Shown piece after piece: positions 27,780 to 41,907 of a stretch of 64,000 bases of DNA. The position numbers and the translations under genes were made by a program. A model generated the notes under the pieces. It saw only the letters and a list, made by a program, of their open reading frames with translations. It was not told the DNA's origin and searched no databases. This DNA is from the human T2T-CHM13v2.0 reference genome, Homo sapiens. Position 1 is the first letter of the stretch. Every line of letters begins with the position of its first letter. The DNA is taken from the NCBI RefSeq assembly GCF_009914755.1, contig NC_060937.1; one strand, given 5' to 3'.

Positions 27780-28560
27780 AGGGAGAGATGAAGGAAATTG
27801 CAAAACCAATTGCTATACATAAAAATCTGTTTTACTCATAAGTATCTGTGAATATACTAAGGCGGAGATAGTCAGGGAAGTTACATGGTACGACTAGTTA
27901 GTCTAGAGTAATAGTTGGACCAGAACCCAATTGTTTCAAATATTTTATAACTATAGTGTGACTATGAATTTTTTTGAAAAAATTAATAAATTAGCTCCTT
28001 CAAAATATTTTGCAGATCCTCTGCTGTTCTAAAGGATCCTGTGTGCTAGCCAACTTGTGCAACTGTAGATTGCATATCAGCATAATCCACAATATTTAAT
28101 TTTGTTTCTCACTACATAACTTTTTCCCCTTTATTTTCCTTTTCCCCCTTTTTCCCTAAAAAAGTTCAGATGATTTATCTACATAAATGCCAGATCTTCA
28201 TTCATTCTTATGCTCCACCAGCTGATCAGACCAACCAAATATTCACAGTAGAGATAAACCAGACCCAGATCTCCTTCTGTAAATCAGTCAAAGGGCCATT
28301 TCAGATAAATTGTTTCTGAAATCTAACAAAAACCTATTTCCAGGTCAGAGTTTTCTGAATGTACATTAACTCTCCTTGACTAAGTCAGGTAGTGTCAATA
28401 AACCTATCAATAATTTTGTTCTTTTTACTTTCTCTTATAAGTAGAGAGAATGGTGGACGGCTTCCTGCTAACTGCCTTATTCAGTAGAACTCCACATTCA
28501 GGGAGAGATGAAGGAAATTACAAAACCAATTGCTATACATAAGAATCCATTTTACTCATA
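27780..28560 (+). repeat. 61-bp dispersed direct repeat, copies at 27780-27840 and 28500-28560
   Basis: [61 protein letters not shown]; 4 mismatches counted by eye; offset 720 bp. Confidence 0.95.
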
Positions 28561-31500
28561 TATCCTTGCCTACTGTCCAAAAGACTAACTACTGGCATAA
28601 TCCCCTGAATTTTTTCTTAATTCCCTAGGATTCCCTTTATTTTCAAGCACCTTCTCACTTAACCACAATTATAAATTCAGTAATCCCCAAATACATTAAA
28701 TCAAAATTTCTTTTTACAGTTATTCTAGTCTCTTTAAAAGTCCTGCACTTAAATAATAATGTATCTTTTATTTGACTTCTAGAGTTCTATCCTATAATAC
28801 TTACAGCTAGTACTGCCATTATCTTAACTTTGTTCTATCTGGAGGTACTGATACCACAAATCATCAATGTCTGTTTTAGTCAATATAAATATAAATATAG
28901 AAAAATAATATATTTCAGCAAAAATCAATCAAGCTTATGCACGGTATCATCTCTTCTGAACATTTTCCTCTGAAAGAACACTACTACCATCCAACCCCTA
29001 AAAGCCTTATTTTATTGTTTTTATTTCAACATCTGTCACATTGTAACAATCTTAATAAGCTCATGGAACTAGCAACCTTAATGCACAGTGAATTCTGGTT
29101 TGTTTCCATTTATATAGACTAGCTAGTAAGAACTGAATTAGTTTAACTAGTCTGTATTTTACGTCTTATTTCTAACATTGAACTATTATTAAAAAATAGA
29201 ATATGGGCTTCTAGTTTTCTTCATAGTATATTCAGGTAAGCTTCACCAAGGAGGTCATCCTTGAGGCAATATTCAAGCTTCCTTGCATTGCCTTGGAGAA
29301 TTTTTCTGTAGTTTTCCCTCAACATGGCTAATAGATTCTTTTTAGGAAGCATCACATCAATTGTTGCAGACCTTACTTTTCGCTTCAAGAAATAATGTCG
29401 TTTCTAGTCTCAGAATTTTTTCTGCCTAATAATTTTTTTCCTATATTTCCGAATTGTATTTCAAATTATTTATCCAATCGCAGGGACTATAAAATGTGTC
29501 CTTTTATTTCTTTTCTTCTCATGAATGCAAACAAAATGGAAAGGCAACAACACTTTAATACTTTGATTCATTTTATTAAAGTAAAATTATAGTAGAAAAG
29601 AAAGTAATTTTTAAAATGTTGCCTTTTGAAGAATAATGAAAAGAATCACAGGATAAATCTTTCCAGTGAATAAAACTTCAAGACAGAAATGCTGCCCTCC
29701 AAAATGAAAATCTAACTTATTGAAATCCTTGGGCACCTAGTGACTCCAAATGAAAATTCGATATACCATTTTTGCCTTCTGTTCTTCCTATTCATTTAAC
29801 AGACTAAGCAAAATGTACACTGCAATCTTTCATAAAGGAAAAAACATAAAAAATTATTGACTAACTTACTCTGTGGATTTGATAAATTAGACATCAGTAT
29901 TCAATATCAGCAATATTCTCTTTCTATGTCCTTTCCTTGAAACAACCCATAGGAAACAAAAAGAGTATAGGGAAAGCTCGATTTTTCCTTCTACTTGATT
30001 ACTGTCTTTAACCTCTCCATCTCATCCCAATCTTATGACTGTTTAACCTTTTACTTTCTAGGACTTGATAAATATCTTTCCCATTTTTTAACATTTTAAA
30101 AATAGCTTATTTCTGATATGTTATTCCATTTATCACTTTGTGGCATTTTCTGGCTGTGGGAAGAACAACTCATGCAAAGCTCAGTACTAACCTTTAGATA
30201 CTTTTTACAAGCCAAAAATGTCTTATTTCACCTTTTATGAATTTATTTTTGGGTGGTTTTGTTGATTAGCCACCCCACAAGTCAAGTAGGAAATGTGTGA
30301 AAAAATACAACATGAAGAGAAAATGGAAAGTCATCAGGGTGATCTCAGTATGGGAAACAGGGATTGCATTAGTTATATTTATACCGGCCCAACTTCATCA
30401 CTCCCTCATAGTCCAACAAGAATCTGAACAAATGCCTTTTTGTTTCAGGACTTCTATGAAAGAATAACTTCCACTTAGAGAATATTGTTCACTGTATTTT
30501 TAAGATATAAAATTGCTAATAAGTGAGAAACACATAGCTTGAAAAGATGTGTAGTGGACTGTGATTTAAAACAAAATCACCTTCAGAGAAACAAAAGAAC
30601 ATGGCTTAATGGATTTACATGTTCTAATATATTTAATCATTGGTTTATGATTCTCAGTCACCCATTATCAACAGAAAGACTTTCTGATTTAGACAAAGTA
30701 GAGGCCTTCAGTATCAAATGCAGGCGGCTTTTGACTGTGGCTTGTGGCATTCCCACATAGACCAAACAGTGATGCCCTCATTCTTACTGAAGTAAGTGGA
30801 CTATTGTTCCTCAAGACAAAGAAAGTCTCCCCATATATTTGTAAAGAGTGAAAGAGAACACAAACATTAATAACCACTAGGAGCTCTCTTCTCTGAAATG
30901 TTCCTTTAATGCCAATGACAAAATTGGCAAATACTGAGATCCAATTCTGCTGCCACATTTTCCTATACTGCCTTTTATTTCTTTCTAAGCTATTTCTATA
31001 TACTAGAAAATTAATCCAACTCTTCCTTGAATCATAACTCATGCTAGTGATTCACTAAAATTAGTTTCTGGTGGCATATTTATTTTCTCAAAGCCAAAAC
31101 ATTAACACTGAAGATAATGTGATGTCCATCCTCTATCACTGGGTTGAAACTTCACATGGCTTTTAAGTATTTGGTTGCACTGCTCTCCCTCCTCCCCAAT
31201 TTAAAATACTTTATGTAATGTGATATTGTATAGATCATGGATCTAGCATGGCCCTTCATTGCTCAAAGTCTGTGTTAAATTCTAAAATCCCTATAAAAAT
31301 AAAATATTTAATAAAATCCACAAAATAATAAAATGTTGTGAAACTGACATTGTTTGAAACAATCCGAGCTAGTAATCCTCATTTTGTTTTTCTACTTCCA
31401 TAAAAGAATAATGAACTTAAAGGAAGTTTTTCCTATTTTCAGTTTTACAATTTAATATTTTACATTTTTACAATATTCTTGTCACTCCACCCTGTCAAAA

Positions 31501-33299
31501 CTTCACGGAATGAAGTTGCAGTTTCAGCCTACAGATGATTGAACATCATTTTTTTTTCTTGTCTCTTCTGAGAATGCTTTTTTATATGTATATATACATT
31601 ATTCATGGATTTTCCTTTCCTTTGGAATCCAGAACACATTATATTTAAATGCAGAATATTTCTTATATTCTAGCTTAAATAGAAGGATATATCAGTCAAC
31701 AATTGAGATCAGTGTAACAGGTTTGGTCAGTACCCTTTTCATTTGTCTCTAGAGAAAATGTTTGACACGATGAACATTCCTTGTTTGGTTTCTTGCTTCT
31801 GACCTGAGTACATTCTCTTCTTTCAAACACTGCTACTGATGTACCTGTTTTCTGGAAAAGCTGCTTCAATCAAAGATAAATGTCCATATCCCAGTAGCTT
31901 ACACATCCACAAAAGGCTTAAGTATCCCAGAAAAAATTTGAGTGAATGACAATTCTTCACAGTCTCTAAAGTGTTATTGTTATGTAAGAAGAATACTAAA
32001 TTAGTTAACTGATACCTGCATTATAATTCATTTATGATTGATATCTTTTGCTAATTATAATAAAACTTGATTCTGGGGATTTATATAATTTTGAGACTGT
32101 TATTATGTTGAAATAGTAATGTCTTCAGAAAACTAACCATAATAAAAATGTTGGTATCATAATTAAATAATGTGTACTAAAGTATTTTGATCACTATGGC
32201 TAAAATTCTAGATACTTTTCAATCCCTAAAGCTACAGGTTTTCTATACTTCATGCTTTGGTACTGATTGTCAAATGTCAAATTATCTTTGTTTTTGGTTC
32301 TCTCTTTAGCAATGAGTTCTTCAGCATAAATATGATTCAAGTAGACGACCTTGGATTAAGCTCTCTTTCTCAGCTACTCTCACTGCAGTGCCAATATACT
32401 GGCGGCAATATAAAGATTTTAGTAGCAATGTTTCCCTTGCATGTGATAAAACAGATAATAAATATCAGCTTTCCCCAGGTACTGACTAGCCAATACTATC
32501 TTTAAGACACTAAATGTGCTCTTCCCATAAGTTAAACACTGAAAACATACTCAGAAAGATCAACACAGACCCTTATTTTTTACAACGACATTAACCATGT
32601 TCTAATGCAGAAATACATGATCATGTAGAAAAATAACAGTACATCAGACTGATAAAAACAAATCTAATTATATTAATAATTTTAGTAGTAGGAGTAGTAT
32701 AATCAATATTTAATGATGGTTTTTATAACCATTGCGGTGAGTTATTTTTTATATATTACTTAAGCTTCACTATAATATCTCTAAGGTAGATAATTTATTA
32801 CTTATTTCTTTTTAAGAGGAAAAACACATTATCTGAATTAACTAGCTAGAAATTTTCAAATCTGTTTTTCATACTATTCGTCAGTCACATCCATGTTCCT
32901 TGTCACTATACTATACTCTTTTAAGGATACTAAGTTCATCTTAGGTCACCATTCCTAGGATTTATTTTATGTTATTCTCTTGAAAATTCTATTTTATCCA
33001 AATATTACTAGTCATTTAATATTTGTTAGAACTCTATCTATTATGCTATAATATGTATCAATATTTTTCTTATTCTGATAGGATATATTTAAATATGATA
33101 CGTATAATCCAGTAGTATTTTCTGTTTTTATTTTTTTTAACAAGAGGCATCAAGGACACTTAGCATATATCAAGTTTTTCCAACAAGCTCTAAGAGAACG
33201 CTCAAACTTCCTGATAATTCCAAATGTTGTTTCTAAAACAGTGGTAGGAAATCTGGTAGTAGTTGAAACATTCGTAACAAGTCTAAGCTAGATGTCTTC

Positions 33300-34385
33300 C
33301 ATTTATCCCTCCAGGTTTGTTCTTTCTCCATCTCCTCCTGCCCTCTGATCTGATTGGTTGGACTCCATGGATTATGTTAACAGGGCACTTTTACCCTAAG
33401 TACTTCTTATTTTTTAGCTCACAGGTAAGCAGGCAAGAGATTAGAGGGATGGAGGACAGTGAGCTTAGTTACATTTTTTAAATTGACTTTATTATTTAGA
33501 TCAATTTTAGGTTCATAGCTGTTGAGCAGAAAGTACTCAGAGTTCCCATATACCTTCTGTCTTCCAAAAACACAACCTCTCCCACCATCAAGATCTTGAA
33601 CCATAAAGGTACCTTGTTACAATCAATGCATGTACATTGAGACATCATTATCATCCAATGCTCATAGTTTACATTAGTGTTCAATCTTGATGTAAATTCT
33701 ATGTGATTTCCACAAATGTATAATGACATGTGTCCACCATTACAATATCACACTGAGTAGTCTCACTGTTCTAAAAATTCCCCCACTCCACTTATTCATC
33801 TCTCCCTCCCCTAAGTGCTACCAATAACTAATCAGTTTACTACCTCCATAGACTTTCCTTTACCAGAGTAGCATATAATTGGAATCATATAATATATGGC
33901 ATTTGCAGAATGGCTTTTAGTAATATGCAAATAAATATTCTCCATGTATTTTTGTGGCTCAATACCTGATTTCCTTTTAGCACTGAATAATATTCTATTG
34001 TCTTGATGGACCACAATTTATTTATCCACTCACCTAATTAAGGATAGTTTGGTTGCTTCTAAGTTTTAGCAATTATGAATAAAGCTACCATAAATATCTG
34101 TGTGCAGGTTTTGTGTGGATATAAGAATTTAACTCATTTTAGCAAATACCAAGGAACTCAATTTTTGGATGGTATGGTAGAGTCTACTTTTTGTTCTGCC
34201 TCTTTTTCCACAAGCCAGGAGACATTACAAAATGTAATGCCTAGTTGATGGTCACTCCCTTTATACCGTCATGCCTATGGGCGCTAGCAGCTCTGACCCT
34301 TGCAGCCCAGATTATGGCATTAACCTATGCAGTTCCTTTTTAAATAAACACTCTTCTTTCTCATGTGTCATCTCTTCCTTTTTTT
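33300..34385 (+). mobile_element. LTR33-like ERVL LTR split by an L1 (pieces ~33300-33465 and ~34190-34385)
   Basis: GGCAAGAGATTAGAGGGATGGAGGACAGTGAG on the left; AATAAACACTCTTC...TGTGTCATCTCTTCCT on the right. Confidence 0.5.
33474..34185 (-). mobile_element. L1MC1/2-like 3' end
   Basis: TTGAGCAGAAAGTAC..AGAGTTCCCATATACC...TGTTACAATCAATG...CATAGTTTACATTAG...AAATGTATAATGACATG. Confidence 0.85.
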
Positions 34386-36032
34386 GACATTAAGTAATAG
34401 AAAAGGCAAAGTAGACAAAGACCCAGTTCCTGTTCTTCAGCATTTTGTTATTTCCCATGTGCAATATTTAGAAAAAATATTGCAGTGTAAAGATGATGTC
34501 CTCCTAGACTTTTAACAAAATACTCTGCAATAGATAAGCTTCTTTTTATTAGAAAAGCCTGGCGGTGGGGGAGGGACATCTACACCATAGATTTTGCTCA
34601 GTTAATATATCTAATATCAAAGTACCTTTTCACTACATCAAAATGATAGTGATGCTTCCTTCATAAGAGTTTCCTATGTTTGTTCTAGGCAGAAATTACT
34701 GTCACCCCATTTGCTGCCAACAACCACGTGAAGAACTATTACTATTTACATTTTACAAGTTAGCAAAGGAATAGTCTTTTGCAAATCAAGAAGTTGAAAT
34801 GGAATTTAAAATTAGGTCTAAATTCAAAGGTTTTACTTCTAATTATTTCAATTCTTCCCTCTTTTAAAATCTAAGTACTTAATGCTCTGTATAATGTTTA
34901 AATTACCTGGTTTAAATTCCAAATCACTATATTTGGAAACAAAACCATGAGTTCCCATATGCTTAGGCCATCTCTCTTCATTCCCCTCCCCTGATTTTCT
35001 AGCTGCATGCTCACTAGATGAGCAATAGGGGTCTGTGGTGTTCTTCCCCTTGCTGTCTGTCCTCCCTGTGTAGTCATCAGATGCAGACACAGAAAGCCCA
35101 AGCCCTCTGCCTCTCCCTCTCAGATATTCTGCCTCTGCACTCTCTTCTTTCTGGAAACTATCTCTCTCTTGCACTAGATTAACAATTTAATTCTGAAAAC
35201 TACAGATAGAAGACAGATTGCTTTGGAAAAGCAATATGTCTGATGTTTCAGCAGTCTTGACCTAATTGAAGTGAAGAGTCAAGGGGAGGTTGTAAAGTCA
35301 TACAAGGCAGGCTATGATTGTAAAATGGAAATATTGATAAATTCCTGAAAACAAATTTACTTTATTAAATTTGAATATTAAAGGCTTAAACAAATATGAG
35401 AATATAATAAAAATTATAACATCAAAACTATATGAATCCATAAAAGGAAGATTAAAAATGTCCACGGAGAATAAGAGAAGGCACTTGTCTTCTGGACATA
35501 TTCAAATATTAGAGTTTTTTCTTCCTTTCTGAATATTTAGACTTCTTTCACATTTGGCTTCTCACTTAAACTCCAACCATAGTTGTGAACTACATGGACA
35601 GATACAGAACTCTTATACTTACAACGTATTTTTAGAAGTAACAAAGGTAGATAATAAACTTGCCAAATTGTTACAAAACAATTATATATATTATATTTTC
35701 CTCAGCCTAGTCTCTCTATTGAGTAGATTTTGCTTTAAACACACCAATGGAAATCATGGGAATCATAATTATTCATGTTTTCTGGTGATGCTTATAAAGA
35801 AAACTCACAAAAAAACAGCATACAGAATATAAGAGAATTAATGATGCCCCAGCTTAGAAGAAAACTAGAACTAATAAAGAATTTAATACTAGAAGTCAAC
35901 AGGTTAGATATAATTAGTAATTGCCATATGAAATCAGGAAAGAAAGTCCTAATGAATAAACAGAATAAGCCAAAGTGAAACAATTAAATTAAATAGCAAA
36001 CTTGCAATTGAGAGACAGTTAAGACTTTATTC

Positions 36033-36951
36033 AGATTTTTGGATCAAATTATTCAACCATGAATTCATTTTACTGCATATGATGAAGGGTTGTAGTTATT
36101 AGCCTTGGTAGAAGACTCAACATAATCAGCATTCTGAGATCTCAGGACTGGCTCTTTCAATATAGCATACTTTTTATGCAGACTTTGCCTAATATTACCT
36201 CATAAAAAAGTGATCACTCTTTTCTGACTTATGGCATTCCTCAGAAATTTTAGTTTACCATGACAGCTGGCTACAGTATTTTTGTGTAGGAAAAGCTAGA
36301 ATTTATGTTGCCCTCAACTAATCATAAATGTGGATCCCGGTAAAATCATAATTTATAATGTAAAGATTTATTAGCTCTGTCTCCTAAATGGGTTTTCATG
36401 TACAAAATAAAGTTTTTTTTACTAGATCCATGTTATTAAGCAGCATACTATTTTATGAGTTGAATCCACCCTCTATTTGTATTTAAAGTTCTTAGGAGTG
36501 CCCTATTTATTTTTTAAAAAAGAAAACAATAAAAGAAAATTATGTTTACATAATAAAGAAAAGGGTAACTTTTCTTTATAATAATGTTTATGTTTCATGT
36601 TAACCTCAAATCAGTATCCCTACCACTTTCAAGGTTATGTTGTATTGATGAGTACATATCCTGGATGAGTTTCCAATACCCCAGTTCCCTAAAAAAGATG
36701 CAACCCACACAAACATAACGCACATCCACAGACATTCAAACCCCTCCAATAACCGTAGGTTTAACCTCAAGAATTCTGCAGAAGTAGGATTTCTTTCAAC
36801 CGAGACTTTCTCTCTAATGACGCTAGATTATATATATATATAAAATCTAGATTTTTGGATCAAATTATTCAACCATGAATTCATTTTACTTCACACGATG
36901 AAGGATTGTAGTTATTAGCCTTGATAGAAGTCTAAGCATAATCAGCATTCT

Positions 36952-36956
<5 letters not shown>
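36033..36956 (+). repeat. 108-bp dispersed direct repeat, copies at 36033-36140 and 36849-36956
   Basis: AGATTTTTGGATCAAATTATTCAACCATGAATTCATTTTACT...CATAATCAGCATTCTGAGAT; 8 mismatches counted by eye; offset 816 bp. Confidence 0.95.

Positions 36957-36998
<42 letters not shown>
36955..36998. repeat. Uninterrupted (AT)22 microsatellite
   Basis: Directly visible. Confidence 0.97.
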
Positions 36999-37009
<11 letters not shown>

Positions 37010-37482
37010 CCCATACAACACATAAAGAACATAATTGTTCATGTTTTTTATTGATACAAACAAAACAGTAATAGTAAATCTCAAGAGTCTTTGCAGTGTA
37101 TCGTATGCCTGACTCACAGCCAACATAACCTATTAATGTGTTAGTAGTTAACATTTAGAAGGATTTTTTTAATACAAATATTCCAAGTTAGGAATTACTC
37201 TTAACAAATGTTGAACAGCATACCACTCTGATATAGAATGTAAAAATATAAAATTTATAAGACACAAACCTAATACCCAGAGCAATGTATTATAAGAGCT
37301 CCTTAGGAAAAGATGCCTTATCAGAATGCTGTGAAATTTCACAGAGAAATAAATTATGACCAGTTTATTGAATTGATTGCTTTTTAACTAATTGGTTAAT
37401 TGGCTTTTGGAGAAAGGGACAGCAGTATCTCAAGAAAAACATTATGAACAAGGTTCCTGTGGAGCTCTGAAAATATAATAGG

Positions 37483-37770
37483 AGCCAGGAATGGTGTGGT
37501 TCATGCCTGTAATCCCAATACTTTGTGGGAGGAGCACTTGAGGCCAGGAATTCAAGACCACCCTGGACAATATAGTGAAACTCCATCTCTACCAACTGGG
37601 TGTGGTTGGTGGTGATGCCTGTAGTCCTACCTATTTGGGAGGCTGAGGTGGGAGGATTGCTTGAGCCCAGGAGTTTGAGACTGCACTGAGCTATATGATC
37701 ACACCACAGTACTTTAGCCTAGGTGACAGAATGAGAATTTTCTCTAAGAATAAAATTAAATTAAAATTAA
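37483..37770 (+). mobile_element. AluJ with small internal deletions
   Basis: TTGAGGCCAGGAATTCAAGACCA and GGATTGCTTGAGCCCAGGAGTTTGAGACTGCA are AluJ-type features. Confidence 0.85.
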
Positions 37771-37879
37771 AAGAAAGTATAATAGGATTTCAAGGAAAAT
37801 AAGAAGAGTAAAACCAAACATTAGAAATAAAATACCTTTAAATATGCTGACGAATATCAAGTAGACCAGACAGATGAAT

Positions 37880-39360
37880 GAGAGTTTTATCCATTTATTA
37901 GACATATCCAAATACCTACTATTTTTCATGTACTGTATTGACTTCCATGCCCATGCTGTGGAACCAAGAAGGTTACTGGCCAAATCCATGTGCTCAGAGA
38001 GTTTATATTTAGCAAGGATAATAAAGCAAGCAAGTAAATACATATTAATAAATATATTAAATAATTGTACATTATAATAAGGGCTGAAAAGGGAATCAAC
38101 TAGGGACTTAAAATAAGAATTAAAAATTAAGAAAGGGTTGACTATCTTATTATGCTTTCATGGAATATTTCTCTGATAATGAATTATTTATGGTGAGTGC
38201 TGAAGGACTTATTATGGGATTATGGGTGAAATGGGACTCTGTGTAGAAGTAAATGCAAGTGTGAAGGTCCTGGATTTGGTCAAAGCATGGTATAGCAGAG
38301 GGAATTAGAGCAGCCTGCAAGAGCAGCATAAGATGAGGAAGAAGGCCGAGTGTGGTGGCTTACGCCTGTAATCCCAGCACTTTGGGAGGCTGAGGTGGGC
38401 AGATCACGAGGTCAGGAGATGGAGACCATCCTGGCTAACACAGTGAAATCCTGTCTCTACTAAAAGTACAAAAAATTAGCCAGACTTGGTGGCACACGCC
38501 TGTAGTCCCAGCTACTCAGGAGGCAGAGGCAGGAGAATCTCTTGAACCTGGGAGGCAGAGGTTGCAGTGAGCCGAGATCATGCCACTCCATTCCAACCTG
38601 GACAACAGGGCGAGACTCCAACTCAAAAAAAAAAAAAAGAAAAATGAGGAAGAGGAGGGTAGCAGGACCAAGATCACACAGGGCTTTTAAAACTGTGTTG
38701 GAGATTTTTAATTTTATTCCATATATAATGAAGCCATTGACAAATTACAAATAGGAATTGACATGATCCAAATACAGTATCATCCCTGTAGTTGCCCAGT
38801 AAAGAATGGTTTGAAGGATGAGAAGAATGAAAAAATATATGATAGTTAAAAAGGTGCTGTCATAGTTTAAGCAAGAAGAGATGATTATCTAAAGCAGATT
38901 GGTGGCAGCATATATGAAAATAAATGTACTGATAAATGGGCTTTGGGGGCTGAGATAGAAGAATAAAACCAACAATAAATATGGGTTTCTGGTTTCAGAA
39001 AATGGTAAGTTGGTGGTATTATTTACTGCAGTAAGAATCAGTTGGAGAGGGAAACAAACATATCAAAGAAAAAGAAAAATGCTCTTTTTGGTCAACTTAG
39101 TTCTTACATATTGATAAGAAATTGACATAGGAATGACAAGTAGGCAATCAAATGTGTGCCCTTCTAGAGGATCAGGCTAGAGATACTTATTTGAAACTTT
39201 TAGCATATTGATAAACTAAATGTCATGAGAATAAAGTAGATGATTTAGACAGAGTGTGTAAAATGAAAAAAGATTGAAAAGGAGTTGCCATTCATGTAAG
39301 AGAACAAAGAAAACAAGAATATGTGGTACCACACGACTCAAAAAGAAGTGTTTCAATATG
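37880..39360 (-). mobile_element. L2 fragments hosting an AluS
   Basis: ATCCATTTATTAGACATATCCAAATACCTACT antisense tail; AATGAAGCCATTGA..TGACATGATC; ATGACAAGTAGGCA. Confidence 0.6.
38344..38638 (+). mobile_element. AluSc-type element
   Basis: GATCACGAGGTCAGGAGAT..ACCATCCTGGCTAACA in the left arm, S-type right arm; TSD ATGAGGAAGA on both sides. Confidence 0.93.
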
Positions 39361-40249
39361 AGACATAGAACAGATGCTTAAACACAATGCTTATAGGAGT
39401 AATTCAAATTTAATTTTACAGGCTATGAGTAGTGTTTAAATCCTATTAACATGAGTCATGTGGTTTAATTGTGGTTTCACAAGACCAACCAAACAATACT
39501 ATCTGGGATGCCCTGAGAAGTAGTCATATATCAGGACAAGATAACAGACTTAGCCAAGGATGCACATTTGAGGTAAGGCAATGTTAGATGATGCGATGCT
39601 GGTGTCAGTGGGAATTAAAAACAGGATATATTTCAGATCTATGTAAAACTAATGTTCCCAATATATTGCAATGAGGAAGAAAATTAATTTGGTTGTTTTC
39701 AAACAAAATTCATTAAAGAAATCATTTACAAAAGCATATGAAAGCAAAGGGAAGAAGCTGGAAGTTTTTAGCGGATTGGTGGGGATATACCTAATGAACA
39801 TCCTGTTGGAGATGTTCATAAAATATTAGAAATATTGTCTTTTTCTGAGGGGAAAACTTACTGATGTCATGATTTTAAGATATCACCAATGTAGAGTGAA
39901 GAAAAGACATCCAATGAGACTAAAATAAATGAAGTTTTAACAAAAGAGGGATTTTATTTCTTCCTAAAATAAAAGGTAGAGGTGGTCAGATAAAGAGAAC
40001 TTTCTCAAAACTTAAAACCCTTGCTGATTTAAAGATGCAAGTATATGAAGAGACAAGCTTTATATTGGGAGAAAGTATCTGACAATTCCATTGTAGTAGT
40101 ATATAGATGTTTCTATATCTACCTATATGTATGTATATTACTATGTCATATAACAGACATATATCTCTGACTATATATCTATGAATATGGCAAAAGATTT
40201 TTTTTATGTGAAAAGTACTTACAGTTTAATAAGAAGACAACTCAATTTT

Positions 40250-40569
<320 letters not shown>

Positions 40570-40599
40570 TTAAAATTGATCAAAGAATTTTAAAAATTC

Positions 40600-40737
40600 A
40601 CTTTTATTTTTGTGTTCTAGAGATGGAAGTGTCACTCTGTTACCCTCACTGCAGACTCTAACTCCTGAACTCAATCGATCCTCTCACCTTGGCCTCTCTA
40701 GTCGCTGGGATTATAGGCACGAGCCACCATACCCAGC
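40600..40737 (-). mobile_element. FLAM / Alu monomer
   Basis: AACTCCTGAACTCAATCGATCCTCTCACCTTGGCCTC...GCTGGGATTATAGGCACGAGCCACC. Confidence 0.75.
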
Positions 40738-40739
40738 AA

Positions 40740-40849
40740 CAAAAGATTTGAAGAGCCATGAGTATATAAAAATGGCTCAAAATCAGTAGTCATTAGGGAG
40801 GTATAAATTAAAACCATGATGAAATAGCACTACAAACACATAAGAACAG

Positions 40850-40903
<54 letters not shown>

Positions 40904-41553
40904 GATTGATAATACCACAGCTGGCAAACTAGAAAAACTGAAGTTTTCATATATTGCTATAGGGAATGTGAAATGCTGCAACTACTTCGGAAAACTGTTT
41001 GTCAGATAGTGAAAATGTAAACATATATTTACAATGTGACCCAGAAATTTCTCTTAATTACCTATCAAAAAGAAACGAAGCATGTGTTTCTACAAAGACT
41101 TGCTCACAAATCTCCGTAAAATCATTATTAATAGCCTCCAAATGGACACAACCCAAATGCCAATCATCTGGTGAATGGATTAAAAAAAGGGGAGTGGATA
41201 TATTCATACAATGGAATCTACACAACAGCAAAAAGGAACAAAATAGTTATAGGTGAAACAATATGGATAGATCTTAAAAACATCATGTTACATACAGTAT
41301 GATACTATTCATATGAGATTTTATGAAAGACAAAACTAGGGATGTAGCAGCAGTTGCCTGAAGCTGGGCTGAGGGAAGGGATTTACTACAAAGGGACATA
41401 AGGAAACTTTTTGGGGTGATGGGAGTGTTCCAAAACTTGATGTTGATGGTGGTTGCACAACTGCGTGCATTTATCAAAGCTTATCAAACTGTACAATGAA
41501 AGGGTGAATTTCATTTCTGTAAATTATATTTCAATAAAGCTGTAAAAAATAAA
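40740..41553 (+). mobile_element. L1ME/MD-type 3' end (likely starts near 40210, interrupted by AluY, FLAM and (CA)n)
   Basis: TAGTCATTAGGGAGGTATAAATTAAAACCA, CATACAATGGAAT, AGGAAACTTTTTGGGGTGATGG, CAATAAAGCTG. Confidence 0.8.
40851..40902. repeat. (CA)26 microsatellite
   Basis: Directly visible. Confidence 0.97.
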
Positions 41554-41689
41554 ATGCTGAGCTACTCTATAGAGATGATGAGCACAGCTTCTCCTGGTCA
41601 TCCTCCAGGTCGCAAGTCCCCTATATTGTGTTGTTTCACCCTCCCCACAAACCCTGCTGTTTTTCTCTGCTTGGCTAACACTGGCTAAT

Positions 41690-41900
41690 CACATTCTTTT
41701 CCACATCTTGGATATGAAAAAGGAGGAAAGTGGAAGTGGAGGGTATGAGGGTACGTGGGCTTTTTAAAGGGCATGGCTGCTAACTTCACACTGGCCTGAA
41801 CTGGGGCATGTGGTTGTACGTAGCTGGAAGAAGACTGGAAAGTACAGTATATTTCTAGCTGGATGGCATCCATCTAAATTTCAGGAGGTTTTATTACTAA
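41690..41900 (-). mobile_element. Old MLT1-type LTR fragment
   Basis: CACATTC...GACTGGAAAGTACAGT..TTTCTAGCTGG...GGTTTTATTACTAA resembles antisense MLT1K/L. Confidence 0.5.
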
Positions 41901-41907
41901 AAGTATA

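Noticed and set aside
30440-30530. Possible small exon (TTTGTTTCAG ... GTGAG)
   Set aside because: Weak donor and no supporting neighbouring exons; such motif pairs are common by chance
30689-31042. 117-aa ORF in apparently unique DNA
   Set aside because: No recognisable domain or splice support; length is compatible with chance in 64 kb
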